Positions 26,081 to 35,864 of a stretch of DNA of 44,593 bases are shown here, in pieces; the stretch's first letter is position 1, and each line of letters begins with the position of its first letter. The stretch comes from a virus (lineage: Duplodnaviria; Caudoviricetes), in IMG/VR virus record IMGVR_UViG_3300032226_000446, positions 1 to 44,593 of that record. One strand, 5' to 3'. Below the pieces are notes generated by a model that saw nothing but the letters and a program-made list of their open reading frames with translations, was not told the DNA's origin and did not search any database. Made by a program: the position numbers and the translations under genes.

Positions 26081-26946
26081 TTGCATTGACAGGTACAGGT
26101 GGATTTATAGGTAGTGTTATACTAGGATATCTAAACAAACAGGGCATCACAGACATCTATTGTTTCGATGATCTTCCCACTGAAGATCAATATAAAAATC
26201 TCTTAGGCAAACAGTATCTAGGCCTGCATTCGACCAAAGAAATTATAACAGATATTAGAGATTTTGATGCCGTTATACATTTCGGAGCCAATAGTTCTAC
26301 ACTGGAAAAAAATTGGTTCAATATATACGAAACCAATGTATTGAGCACTCGACGATGGCACGACCTTTGCAGAAAGAATAATACCAAATTTATCTTTGCT
26401 AGTTCAGCCGCAGTCTACGGTAATGGACAAGGTCCCCTAAATCATTATGCTTTCAGTAAGTCTGTGAGCGAACAGGAAATAACCAATGGCATCGTTCTTA
26501 GATTGTTCAATGTCTACGGTCCTAACGAATATCACAAAGGTCGTATGGCTTCGACTGTTTATCATTGGTACAATCAACTATGTGATACAGATCAAATAAA
26601 GATATTTGAAAACAGCAGATATTATCGTAGAGATTTTGTCTGGGTGGAAGATGTTGCCCGCACAGTCTATCATTTCCTAAATAATTATAAAGAAGGGATT
26701 TATGATCTCGGTGCAGGCATTAGTGTAGATTTTGAATCTATAGCAAACATAGTGATAGAAGAATATGGTCAAGGAAACAAAGAATACATTCCTATGCCCG
26801 AAGATCTTAAATCACAGTATCAATTAGATACCAAGGCTGATACCAACTATCTTAGAGAAGCAGGAGTAACCGTGGACGACTTTCTAGAACCTTGGGAAGG
26901 GATCAAAGAATACTTTAAGTATCTAAAAAACAAAGATCGATATTAA
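26077..26946 (+). CDS. hldD: ADP-L-glycero-D-manno-heptose 6-epimerase
   Basis: [40 protein letters not shown]. Confidence 0.88.
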   Translation: MIALTGTGGFIGSVILGYLNKQGITDIYCFDDLPTEDQYKNLLGKQYLGLHSTKEIITDIRDFDAVIHFGANSSTLEKNWFNIYETNVLSTRRWHDLCRKNNTKFIFASSAAVYGNGQGPLNHYAFSKSVSEQEITNGIVLRLFNVYGPNEYHKGRMASTVYHWYNQLCDTDQIKIFENSRYYRRDFVWVEDVARTVYHFLNNYKEGIYDLGAGISVDFESIANIVIEEYGQGNKEYIPMPEDLKSQYQLDTKADTNYLREAGVTVDDFLEPWEGIKEYFKYLKNKDRY

Positions 26947-28133
26947 AGACAGATCTTTAAAGCGGAAATCAAATCCTCAATCATTCCGTCGTCATGGTAA
27001 GGAGTAGGAGCGAATCGTAGTCGTTCGGTGCCTACTGCAACCGTTGGAAAGTTTATCGGCTGAACATAGATATTATGATCGTTTAAAAGATTGTCACTGA
27101 TAACTTTGCACTTTTTAGCTTCGCCTATAAGAACAGGAACGATGTGTGTGGTTGAACACTCCATAACTGGAATACCATTGGCATTTAATCTATGTTTGAG
27201 TTTACGAGCACGTTCTTGATGTTTGTCTCTAAGTTCATTATGATCTTTGAGATATTTTACAGCAGCCAAGGCACCAGCACAGCTGACCGGACTCATTGAT
27301 GTAGTAAATATAAACCCTGCAGCCACTGAACGGATAGCATCAACGACATCCGCATCGGCAGCTATGTAACCACCTTGCACTCCATAGGCCTTGCCTAGTG
27401 TTCCATTGACTATATCAATGCGATGTTCAAGTCCGAGTTCTTCAACCTTGCCGCCGCCGTGCGTTCCATAGAGACCTACTGCGTGAACTTCATCGATATA
27501 GGTGATAGCTTCATACTTGTCCGCTAGATCACAGATACCTCGGATATCACCAACATCACCATCCATAGAATACACTGATTCAAATACTATACAGGGTGTT
27601 TGTCCTGCTAGTTTTATTGCGCAAAGTATGTCTTCGAGATGATCGAGATCGTTGTGACGGAACACAGTCTTAGGAGCTCGGCTATGACTGATGCCCACGA
27701 TAAGGCTGTTGTGATTATTAGCATCAGAGACAAAATGTATGTTAGGAATGATTTTTGATAGAGAAATAAGAGTCCACTCGTTGGCCACATATGCTGAGCT
27801 GAATAATAATGCTCGGCTCTTGTTGTGTAACATAGCCAGTTCGTGTTCTAGGGCTACGTGATAATGGCTAGTGCCTCCTATATTGCGAGTACCACCCGAA
27901 CCTGATCCTGTTTGGTCTAGGGCTGTGTGCATGGCATCTAAAACTACTTTGTGCTGCCCCATGCCCAGATAATCGTTTGAGCACCAGTTTACTATGGTTT
28001 TAATGTTGTAAGGACCATACCAGATAGCTCTAGGAAAATCACCTCGCTCGCGGATTATATCATTGAAAACTCTATATTTGCCGTTGGATTTGAGATCTAG
28101 TATAAGTTTTTTGAAGGGTTCTTTGTTTATCAT
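26943..28133 (-). CDS. hemA: 5-aminolevulinate synthase (C4/Shemin pathway)
   Basis: [39 protein letters not shown] (PLP Lys), GFIFTTS. Confidence 0.95.
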   Translation of the reverse strand: MINKEPFKKLILDLKSNGKYRVFNDIIRERGDFPRAIWYGPYNIKTIVNWCSNDYLGMGQHKVVLDAMHTALDQTGSGSGGTRNIGGTSHYHVALEHELAMLHNKSRALLFSSAYVANEWTLISLSKIIPNIHFVSDANNHNSLIVGISHSRAPKTVFRHNDLDHLEDILCAIKLAGQTPCIVFESVYSMDGDVGDIRGICDLADKYEAITYIDEVHAVGLYGTHGGGKVEELGLEHRIDIVNGTLGKAYGVQGGYIAADADVVDAIRSVAAGFIFTTSMSPVSCAGALAAVKYLKDHNELRDKHQERARKLKHRLNANGIPVMECSTTHIVPVLIGEAKKCKVISDNLLNDHNIYVQPINFPTVAVGTERLRFAPTPYHDDGMIEDLISALKICL

Positions 28134-28138
28134 AACAG

Positions 28139-28154
28139 TATTTAACGCTAAATA
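28139..28154. promoter_or_regulatory. back-to-back T4-late-like TAAATA promoters
   Basis: TATTTA at 28139-28144 (minus, 5 nt from the hemA ATG); TAAATA at 28149-28154 (plus, 7 nt from ATG 28162). Confidence 0.65.
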
Positions 28155-28161
28155 TTAAACT

Positions 28162-28395
28162 ATGGACATTATTAAATTAGACGTTCCCTTATTCATTCGC
28201 TTGCTAGAACTAGCCCGCGAAGAAATTAAAGACGATGCTGACATACACGATGTAGCAGAAATCGTTATTAACATGAGCAAGGACGGTGTTGTCACCATGC
28301 AAAACTACGATGCCATTGTTAAATTTATGAATAAACAAGGTGATCCTGCTACCGAAGAATTAGATCGTATCAAACAACTAGGCGGTATACAATAA
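28162..28395 (+). CDS. hypothetical protein
   Basis: LDVPLFIRLLELARE motif. Confidence 0.75.
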   Translation: MDIIKLDVPLFIRLLELAREEIKDDADIHDVAEIVINMSKDGVVTMQNYDAIVKFMNKQGDPATEELDRIKQLGGIQ

Positions 28396-29141
28396 TGGCA
28401 GCGAACGGAATATCAACATTGGCTACTAGAGAAGCTAGGCAACTAGCCAAACTTAATCTAGCTCAAACTAAACGACAAGCAGCAGGTGATACTACTGCTC
28501 CATACTATAGAGAAAACAATACCTACGATGTAGATAATCTGCCTACTAAGTATTCTGGAAATACACTAGTGAATAATCCAAATCCTGGAGGACTATTATT
28601 AGGACGTCCATGGATCAACGTTGCATCTATTACATTTACCTCTGGAGTTTATCATCGTACAGTAACAGGCACAACAAATGCAAACGGATACTTTGGTACT
28701 GATTTTATTCCTGCCAATGATGATCTAACATTTTTTGATACCTATGCTGCTACTTCTCAAGGCGTTTATACAAGTTTAAACTTAACCAGCCTACCAGAGT
28801 ATACTAGTATTATGCTAATAGGATACTTCTTAGCACCCACTACAGATACCTATACATTCTACACCAGCACCGACGATGCTAGTTATATGTGGATAGGCCC
28901 AGATGCTATTACAGGATATACTCATACCAATGCTGTTGTCCAGAATGGAGGACTTCACGGTCCTACAGAAGTGAGCGGAACTGTTGCAATGACAGCGAAC
29001 ATCTACTATCCTTTCCGTGTGATGTTTGGTAACCTAACAGGACCAGGAACAATGACGGTTAGTTGGGCAAGTAGTACACAGGCTAAAACATCAAACTGGA
29101 CTGGCAAACTGTTTTACAATTCAGCAACTAACGGATTTTAA
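28395..29141 (+). CDS. PA14-domain virion-associated protein
   Basis: GYFLAPTTDTYTFYTSTDDASYMWIG, N.G.H, YP.R. Confidence 0.8.
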   Translation: MAANGISTLATREARQLAKLNLAQTKRQAAGDTTAPYYRENNTYDVDNLPTKYSGNTLVNNPNPGGLLLGRPWINVASITFTSGVYHRTVTGTTNANGYFGTDFIPANDDLTFFDTYAATSQGVYTSLNLTSLPEYTSIMLIGYFLAPTTDTYTFYTSTDDASYMWIGPDAITGYTHTNAVVQNGGLHGPTEVSGTVAMTANIYYPFRVMFGNLTGPGTMTVSWASSTQAKTSNWTGKLFYNSATNGF

Positions 29142-29158
29142 AGATTAAGGAAAAACAT

Positions 29159-29476
29159 ATGAAAATGAGTGAAATATTAAGAAGCCTAGCAGACAAGCTG
29201 GCATCGATCGAACAAGGTGAAGGGCAACCGCAGACTAACAAATCTATGGGCGGCACACCAGTTGAGACAGAGCCCGGAGACAATGGCGGCAGTGAGGTTA
29301 TGATTCCGCCGTTGCAGCAAAAGCTAGAATTGCTAAAGAAAGGTGTCGGTGTACCTAGCGTATACGATCAAGACGGCGACGGAGTTCCAGACGAACTTGA
29401 TACTATTAGAAAGAATGCAGGTGTTAATCCAGCAGTAATTCATATTGCCAGTGACGACGAACCACTAGACGTTTAA
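29159..29476 (+). CDS. hypothetical protein
   Basis: MIPPLQQKLELLKK motif. Confidence 0.75.
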   Translation: MKMSEILRSLADKLASIEQGEGQPQTNKSMGGTPVETEPGDNGGSEVMIPPLQQKLELLKKGVGVPSVYDQDGDGVPDELDTIRKNAGVNPAVIHIASDDEPLDV

Positions 29477-29486
29477 GGATAAGCAG

Positions 29487-31082
29487 ATGGCTATCTATGA
29501 TTTTTTTCTAAGTCGTACAAACGGTCCTACCGTTGACAACTATGTTGGACATGCTGGCAGATTGTTTTATGATTCTGCTGAACGAATACTGAGAATCAGC
29601 GACGGTACAACTGCTGGCGGTGAAGTGTTTAACGGCTTGATCACAGTCGCAAACACTGAACCTACTGATAACTTTCAAGGACAGATTTGGCTCAACCCGC
29701 AAACATTTGAACTAAGCGTTTACCACAACGACAACTTTATTCCCACTATTGATATAGCAACATCAACTAAACTAGGTGGTATCAAACTGGGCCCAGGCGT
29801 CACTGTTAACGGTCAAGGACAGATCATTATTGATTCTGCAGGTTTAGATTTTAGCTTTGGCGATCTTGCTTCTACCACAGGTACATACGATGATTCAACT
29901 TCCTACGCCGTTTTATCTACAATTAACGCCAACGAAGATTTTTATTTGGTATCCAACGGCACAGGCAGTATTGATGTTATTGGCGAGTTTAACGTATACA
30001 AAACTGATGGTGATGTAGAAGGAGCTATTTCAGTCCCTCCAATCTTCACTGTAAAAGGTGATGGACAGATACGAATGTTAGTGCCTGGAGCAGACTCAGC
30101 AGAAGGTGCATTGAATATTATTGGCGGACTAGACGGAGTATTCCAGGCACCAGTTAACACTGGAGTTATGCTTCACATCACGGGTATTGCTGGCTCGCCC
30201 GGCGTACCATCCAGAGTATACAATGATGCACAAAATGCCTTTGCGGCCTTTGTTGCTCGTAGATACAACAATACCGCGGCAAGTCCTTCAGCAGTATTAG
30301 CCAATGAAGAGATCATGCGTCTCAGCGGCACAGCACACAATGGTACTGACATTCCAGGCACAGCCAATCAGCGTATTGTCTATGTAGCCCGAGGCAATCA
30401 AACACTGACCAACCAAGGTGGTGCTATTGAACTATGGGCTACACCCCTAAACTCTATCACACTGGCCAAAGTAGCCACAGTGGACAGCACAGGTATTACA
30501 TTTGAATCAGGCAAGGCACTAACAGGCAATGTTACTGGTAATGCTAGTACAGCAACTTCAGCCGCTACGCTAACAACAGCACGAAACATCAATGGTGTTA
30601 GTTTTAATGGCAGTGCCGACATTACAGTCACAGCGGCTGCTGGCACACTGACTGGCACAACATTGAACGCAACAGTAGTCACAAGTAGTTTGACCACAGT
30701 AGGTACATTGGGCAGTCTAGCAGTTACTAACAACATAACCGCTACTAACTATACTGGACTGGTCACTCACTCTATTAGAAATGCAGGAGCAGTGGGTGGA
30801 ACTACATTAACACTCAATGTGACCACAGACGATATTGTTAGATGCACATTTACAACTGATTTTACTGTGGCATTTAGTAATATTGTTGCTGGTAGAGTAA
30901 TTACACTTATTGCCACTAATACGTCCGGCGCAGACACTGACGTTATTACTTCCGGCATAGCCGCATTGAATACCACCAGCGCCGGAACGTTTACAGTTAC
31001 ACAACAGACCACAGCAGTAATCACCTACTACAGTCTTGACGGTGACACCGCCAACATCTATGCTTCGGCAGTTTACGTTTGA
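29487..31082 (+). CDS. tail fibre/virion structural protein
   Basis: T/G/A-rich; LRISDGTTAGG, ATSTKLGGIK.G, L.TARNINGVSFNGSADIT, SSLTTVGTL fibre motifs. Confidence 0.75.
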   Translation: MAIYDFFLSRTNGPTVDNYVGHAGRLFYDSAERILRISDGTTAGGEVFNGLITVANTEPTDNFQGQIWLNPQTFELSVYHNDNFIPTIDIATSTKLGGIKLGPGVTVNGQGQIIIDSAGLDFSFGDLASTTGTYDDSTSYAVLSTINANEDFYLVSNGTGSIDVIGEFNVYKTDGDVEGAISVPPIFTVKGDGQIRMLVPGADSAEGALNIIGGLDGVFQAPVNTGVMLHITGIAGSPGVPSRVYNDAQNAFAAFVARRYNNTAASPSAVLANEEIMRLSGTAHNGTDIPGTANQRIVYVARGNQTLTNQGGAIELWATPLNSITLAKVATVDSTGITFESGKALTGNVTGNASTATSAATLTTARNINGVSFNGSADITVTAAAGTLTGTTLNATVVTSSLTTVGTLGSLAVTNNITATNYTGLVTHSIRNAGAVGGTTLTLNVTTDDIVRCTFTTDFTVAFSNIVAGRVITLIATNTSGADTDVITSGIAALNTTSAGTFTVTQQTTAVITYYSLDGDTANIYASAVYV

Positions 31083-31093
31083 TAGGGTTTCTA

Positions 31094-31516
31094 ATGTATA
31101 GAAAATATATCAACATCGTAGAAGCAGCCAATAAAGGCTGTCCCATCGCTACCTACGACATAGATGTTAATCTAAAGAATCGTCAAAAGGCCATAGACGA
31201 GTATCATTACGGTCCAGCTAATCCAGACAATCCAGAATCATATTGGAAGGATGCAGCCAAGCAGTGGAACATTACGGAAAAGACTGCAAAGACAATAACC
31301 TGCGGTAACTGTGCGGCTTTTGATGTATCAGACAAGATGTGGACATGTATCGAAGATGGCATCAAAGGCGACAGCAAAGAAACTGATGCTATGGCAACTA
31401 TTCACAAATCAGATCTAGGTTACTGTAACTTTTTACATTTTAAATGCGCTGGTACACGTAGTTGCACAGCATGGGTCACTGGCGGTGCAATAGATGACAA
31501 GGATCGTACAGAATGA
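31094..31516 (+). CDS. Cys-containing hypothetical protein
   Basis: CGNCAAF, GYC, FKCA..R.C.AW motifs. Confidence 0.75.
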   Translation: MYRKYINIVEAANKGCPIATYDIDVNLKNRQKAIDEYHYGPANPDNPESYWKDAAKQWNITEKTAKTITCGNCAAFDVSDKMWTCIEDGIKGDSKETDAMATIHKSDLGYCNFLHFKCAGTRSCTAWVTGGAIDDKDRTE

Positions 31517-32007
31517 ATATTAGAGAACTTATCAATATAGTCGAAGGCAAGTTTAGATCCAAGGATATCGAAGAATACATACCCGCTGATGAAAAACTCA
31601 ATGATCTAAAAAGCAAATACCTTCCAGACTGGGAAATGCTGGATCATCGCACACTACAGGCCAAGTATGTGGCCAAAGACCATCGTCATGCACTGAAGTT
31701 TGTCAGCTTCATAAACAAGCTCAGCGAAAAAATAGATCACTTTGCCGAAGTCACACAAGATGTTGCCGAAGTCACGGTCAAGACCACTACATTTGATGTC
31801 AAAGGTTTAACTATATTAGATTTCAAGTTGGCGATGACTGTCGATCGTTATGCTGAAAACAATGATATAGAACAGGTTAGAATGGCAGGGAACTTTGGCA
31901 TGCACGAAGGGTGGAGCGAAAAATATAAACGTTCAATCAATTGCTCTAATCCAAGAGGATTTAGTCAGAGAGCGCATTGCCAAGGACGTAAGAAAAAAAA
32001 GGAGTAG
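31513..32007 (+). CDS. pterin-4a-carbinolamine dehydratase-like domain with N- and C-terminal extensions
   Basis: LPDW, F....A..F, DHF, TT.DV.GLT..D..LA; C-terminal WSEKYKRSINCSNPRGFSQRAHC. Confidence 0.65.
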   Translation: MNIRELINIVEGKFRSKDIEEYIPADEKLNDLKSKYLPDWEMLDHRTLQAKYVAKDHRHALKFVSFINKLSEKIDHFAEVTQDVAEVTVKTTTFDVKGLTILDFKLAMTVDRYAENNDIEQVRMAGNFGMHEGWSEKYKRSINCSNPRGFSQRAHCQGRKKKKE

Positions 32008-32010
32008 CAA

Positions 32011-32733
32011 ATGGAAAGAGAAGAATTATTAAAGTTCGCGAACATCGCAGCCACTACCTACGAGGACCCCAAAACATCTCGTAAGAAGTTTAAGGATCAA
32101 GGCTACGACATCGTAGAGTTTTTTAACATCAAAGGAGCACAGGCATATCTGCTCAAAGATCAAAACAACGAGCATGTACTGAGTTTCCGTGGCACTGAAG
32201 TCACAGAACCATCAGATGTGTTGGCCGATCTAAAAGCTGGCAAGAACACTGAGACCGCCCAAGGCGGTAAAGTACACGTGGGATTCAAAGGCGAATTAGA
32301 CAAACTGTGGCCCAACATAGAACGAGCTGTGGCTAATATTGAAACAGTTTACGTGACCGGTCACAGTCTTGGTGCTGCTATGGCCACAATCGCTGCCAGC
32401 AGGTTACAGAAAAAAGCTCAGGCTCTTATCACGTTTGGTTCTCCGCGTGTAGGCAATAAACAATTTGTCAATGGTCTGGATGTTCCGCATATGCGAGTAC
32501 AAAACAACTGCGATGATGTTACAAAGGTTCCTCCATATCTCATGGAGTTTAGACATCACGGCACACACAGATATATGAATTATTATGGTCAGTTTCGATC
32601 GCTGACAACATGGCAGCGTATCAAGGATATGATTCGCAGTCGGGTAAAAGGTCGTGTGCGTGGTAAACGCTTTCTTGGTATCAAAGATCATTTGATGGCA
32701 AACTATATCGAAAAACTGGAAAAAGGAGAATAA
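32011..32733 (+). CDS. class 3 lipase
   Basis: FRGT, VH.GF, TGHSLG nucleophile elbow, TFGSPRVG, D.V..VP, DH. Confidence 0.9.
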   Translation: MEREELLKFANIAATTYEDPKTSRKKFKDQGYDIVEFFNIKGAQAYLLKDQNNEHVLSFRGTEVTEPSDVLADLKAGKNTETAQGGKVHVGFKGELDKLWPNIERAVANIETVYVTGHSLGAAMATIAASRLQKKAQALITFGSPRVGNKQFVNGLDVPHMRVQNNCDDVTKVPPYLMEFRHHGTHRYMNYYGQFRSLTTWQRIKDMIRSRVKGRVRGKRFLGIKDHLMANYIEKLEKGE

Positions 32734-32734
32734 C

Positions 32735-33526
32735 ATGGGATGGAATCCATTCAAGAAATCAAGTTGGACAAGTGTAGGAAATTCTATTGCTAGTGGCGTA
32801 TCATCAGCAACAAACGCTGTTGTCAATACTGTTGTAAACACTACAAACACAGTAGTTGATGCAGTTACTTCAACTGCTACCGCCGCATACAACGCAACAA
32901 AAGATTTCGCAGTCAGTTTGGCAAATGATACAGCCAAAGCAGTTGAACATACTGCTTCTGTTGTCGCAAAGAATACAGAAGAATATGCGAAGCAAGGGTT
33001 TGATGTTGCTAGCGATGCATGGAAAGAAGGATCATCACAAGTTGTCAAGTATGCCTCAGAGGGTGTTGAGTATGTCGAGTATGGCGCAATGGAAGCATAT
33101 AAGTGGGCTGACGCTAACGCTTGTCACATTGGTTTGAATGCGGCATTGACCACTGGTTGTGTTTTATACTTTACACCAAAACCTGAACCTGCTGAACCGG
33201 GAACTGTAACTTCTACTGCTATCAGCACAGCGTTTGTTTCTTACATGGTTAAAAAGGGAAGTAATGCTTTAATGGCAAAAGAAGTTGGTGGTATTATCAC
33301 TAAGTCAATTCTATTGATTCCGGGTGTTAAAGGTAATTGCGATGAAAAACTTTTAAATACCGTTATTGTTAATACCGTTGCTACTTGCAACCCAACAGTA
33401 TTGACTGCTAGTTTAGCTACCCCCGCCGGTGTCGGCATCTTCATTGGATCAGTTATTAGCCCTATCATTGCACAATTGATTTGTGATAAGACAGCACCAA
33501 AAGGTTTAACCAAAGCAGTATCATAA
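32735..33526 (+). CDS. hypothetical Ala/Thr/Val-rich protein
   Basis: ORF track; AAGGAG RBS. Confidence 0.7.
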   Translation: MGWNPFKKSSWTSVGNSIASGVSSATNAVVNTVVNTTNTVVDAVTSTATAAYNATKDFAVSLANDTAKAVEHTASVVAKNTEEYAKQGFDVASDAWKEGSSQVVKYASEGVEYVEYGAMEAYKWADANACHIGLNAALTTGCVLYFTPKPEPAEPGTVTSTAISTAFVSYMVKKGSNALMAKEVGGIITKSILLIPGVKGNCDEKLLNTVIVNTVATCNPTVLTASLATPAGVGIFIGSVISPIIAQLICDKTAPKGLTKAVS

Positions 33527-33528
33527 AT

Positions 33529-33744
33529 ATGACACCTAAAGACAAGGTGGTTATGATGTTGGCCGGTGGATTAGTCGGCATCTTGGTGTTTTTAGTCATA
33601 GCCGATTTTTCCATGGCCATCATAGAAAAACGTCCTCCTGATTCCGGTGTCATAGGACTGTTGAAGATGGCTATCACTGGTGTGGTAGGTATCATAGCCG
33701 GATACGTAGCCGGAAAGAGTGAAAGCAAAGACAGGAGCGAATAA
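33529..33744 (+). CDS. small 2-TM membrane protein
   Basis: Two hydrophobic segments; TAAATA directly at the start. Confidence 0.7.
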   Translation: MTPKDKVVMMLAGGLVGILVFLVIADFSMAIIEKRPPDSGVIGLLKMAITGVVGIIAGYVAGKSESKDRSE

Positions 33745-33905
33745 TGGAAAATATCATAGACAACAACGATTATTATTTTAGACTGAAAGGCGATTGTAAA
33801 TTCTGCGGGCATCTCGTACACTGTGGTCATAGCTGTGTGGACGATACCTGTGATCATTGTCCAGAGTGCGGTTGCCTGTCTTGTAAGGCACAGTCAGAGC
33901 AGTAA
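33744..33905 (+). CDS. 53-aa Cys/His-rich metallothionein-like protein
   Basis: Not in ORF track; MENIIDNNDYYFRLKGDCKFCGHLVHCGHSCVDDTCDHCPECGCLSCKAQSEQ; AGGAG RBS; coupled start. Confidence 0.65.
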   Translation: MENIIDNNDYYFRLKGDCKFCGHLVHCGHSCVDDTCDHCPECGCLSCKAQSEQ

Positions 33906-33906
33906 C

Positions 33907-34527
33907 ATGTTCCGCAGGCATGACATTACACTGATGTCAAATCCTGTTTGTCAAAATGCTGTAGAAGAAATATCAGCTGCCGATTTTCAATACTACGACA
34001 AAGACGGATTTGAACTCAATATAGCAGAACAGAAGTTTTATGCTGCTATGAATTTTCCCATCAACTGTCCTATACTGAATCACTGCTGTTGGCAAGAACC
34101 TTGGTTCGAACTCGAAACAGCAATTGATAATCTAATATTAGATCACAGCATATTCTTGTGCCGCGCATCGTATAACGGTGAGGCAATGACTCAGTTAGAA
34201 GAACTAAAGAAAACACAGCCTTTAGCAGATTATCTACTGAGAACTCGAACTAAATGGGGCTATGATTTTGCCCTAGATGCTGTCAGAGATGGAGTAACCT
34301 TCGAAGTCCTGCATGTAGAATACGATAATACAACATTCAATAAATTCCGAGACAGGATGATACAGTTTGATTGGCAGATACGCCACACTGACTGGCAGGA
34401 TGCTGCTGATCGTGTATGGCAACACAAAGATCAGTGGCAACACCTTGTAGGATTTGATCAAAACCATTGGAAAGCGGAGTATCTGTTAGGGTGGCGAAAA
34501 GCCGAATATACTGAAAAGACAGTATAA
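33907..34527 (+). CDS. hypothetical protein
   Basis: Start moved to MFRRHD; DKDGFEL, KWG.DFALD motifs. Confidence 0.75.
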   Translation: MFRRHDITLMSNPVCQNAVEEISAADFQYYDKDGFELNIAEQKFYAAMNFPINCPILNHCCWQEPWFELETAIDNLILDHSIFLCRASYNGEAMTQLEELKKTQPLADYLLRTRTKWGYDFALDAVRDGVTFEVLHVEYDNTTFNKFRDRMIQFDWQIRHTDWQDAADRVWQHKDQWQHLVGFDQNHWKAEYLLGWRKAEYTEKTV

Positions 34528-34530
34528 ATA
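34523..34530 (+). promoter_or_regulatory. T4-type late promoter TATAAATA
   Basis: Exact T4 gp55 consensus upstream of the thermonuclease gene. Confidence 0.7.
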
Positions 34531-34553
34531 TAGTATCTTATTTGGGAACTGAT

Positions 34554-34994
34554 ATGAAATTCTACATTTTTTTAGCCCTTGCTGCCGCCATAGCTATTCC
34601 AGCCTACGCACAGAAACAGCCTAAGGGTGTTACTTATGACGCACAAATTCTTAGAGTAAGCGATGGAGATACTATCGTTATTTCTGCGCCCTTTCTACCA
34701 GCACCGTTAAAACCAGAACTAGCAGTTAGAATCTATGGTGTCGACACACCCGAAAAAGGTCATCGTGCGCAGTGTCCGCAGGAAAATGAGCGGGCACAAT
34801 TAGCCAGCAAATTTACCACACAGTTGATCTCACAGGGCGGAAAGATACAGGTCACTCTGTACGCTTGGGACAAGTTTGGCGGTCGTGTACTAGGTGATAT
34901 CACAGTCAACGGACAGAGCGTTCGAGCTGGGTTGATCCAGAATGGGTTAGCCCGTGAATACTACGGTGATGCCAAGCAGTCATGGTGTAACTAA
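34554..34994 (+). CDS. thermonuclease (SNase-like) with signal peptide
   Basis: DGDT, RIYGVDTPE, DKFGGRVLG, GLAREY. Confidence 0.88.
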   Translation: MKFYIFLALAAAIAIPAYAQKQPKGVTYDAQILRVSDGDTIVISAPFLPAPLKPELAVRIYGVDTPEKGHRAQCPQENERAQLASKFTTQLISQGGKIQVTLYAWDKFGGRVLGDITVNGQSVRAGLIQNGLAREYYGDAKQSWCN

Positions 34995-35864
34995 ATGCAG
35001 ACTAAGAGCTATCAGGTTTTCGCACAGTTATTAGAAGGCTATGTTGACGAAGCGTCAACATCGCTGGATCTAATCACCGGACAGACTGGCGGCAAAGAAG
35101 TCATATTAAAATTACACAAAGAAATGCAGCTGGCACACGACCAGGATTATAGACAGGTAGATAAAATATCTTGGAGCGATCTTAAAGGTTCTTACAAAGG
35201 TGCTTGGGTCGTTATCAAAGGCAGCAAAGGAGTAGGGGCCATCAAAGCCAAAGATGATCGCTACGAAGCTGTGGCCAGCAGTGGCGGTGAAACTAGATCA
35301 GTCAAAGACGGCCGTGGCGGAAATATCATTGATTTTCTCAAAGGTGAAATTGGTAAGCTGCAGAGTTTTTATGTAGGAAAAAATACTTCCGCAGTCGCAG
35401 ACAAACAGCGTAAACGTCGTGATTCCCAAGCAGGGTCAGATGGTTTTGAGGTTTCTGTAGAAACATTGACTAAAAAGTTTAAACCTCTTTGGGTTCGTGC
35501 CCTTACTGCCGCGGTAGCAGATATCAAAGGCCACATTGCCAACCAGATCAAGAACGATGCTTTTGAAAAAGCAGAACGCAAACTAGGTCAAGTTAAAACT
35601 CTACAGAATGCTTTAGATAGCCTAGAATCTGGGTCAGACGAAACACCATCTTCTGTTAAATTGGCAATCAACTCAGCGGTATTGATGGCAGCCAGTCACC
35701 ACTATCCTGAAAAGACTGGATCAATCACGAGAAGCTACGGTAGCGGCTACAACGCACAATTTTCAGAAGGTCCCCAACAGTTGTTGAAAGACATCTCTGC
35801 CGGTGATCAACAGAAACTAGGTACAGTTCTTGGATTCTTTAAAAGGACATTGATATCAGGATGA
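34995..35864 (+). CDS. hypothetical protein, possible internal head protein
   Basis: ORF track; N-terminal ...LLE/VDE propeptide-like sequence. Confidence 0.75.
   Translation: MQTKSYQVFAQLLEGYVDEASTSLDLITGQTGGKEVILKLHKEMQLAHDQDYRQVDKISWSDLKGSYKGAWVVIKGSKGVGAIKAKDDRYEAVASSGGETRSVKDGRGGNIIDFLKGEIGKLQSFYVGKNTSAVADKQRKRRDSQAGSDGFEVSVETLTKKFKPLWVRALTAAVADIKGHIANQIKNDAFEKAERKLGQVKTLQNALDSLESGSDETPSSVKLAINSAVLMAASHHYPEKTGSITRSYGSGYNAQFSEGPQQLLKDISAGDQQKLGTVLGFFKRTLISG

Noticed and set aside
32404-33048. 214-aa minus-strand ORF
   Set aside because: Antisense to the lipase and the Ala/Thr/Val-rich gene; the open frame is explained by their codon composition.
33823-33906. N-terminal extension of ORF 33823..34527
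   Set aside because: This stretch is occupied by the Cys-rich gene 33744..33905; the true start is likely 33907.
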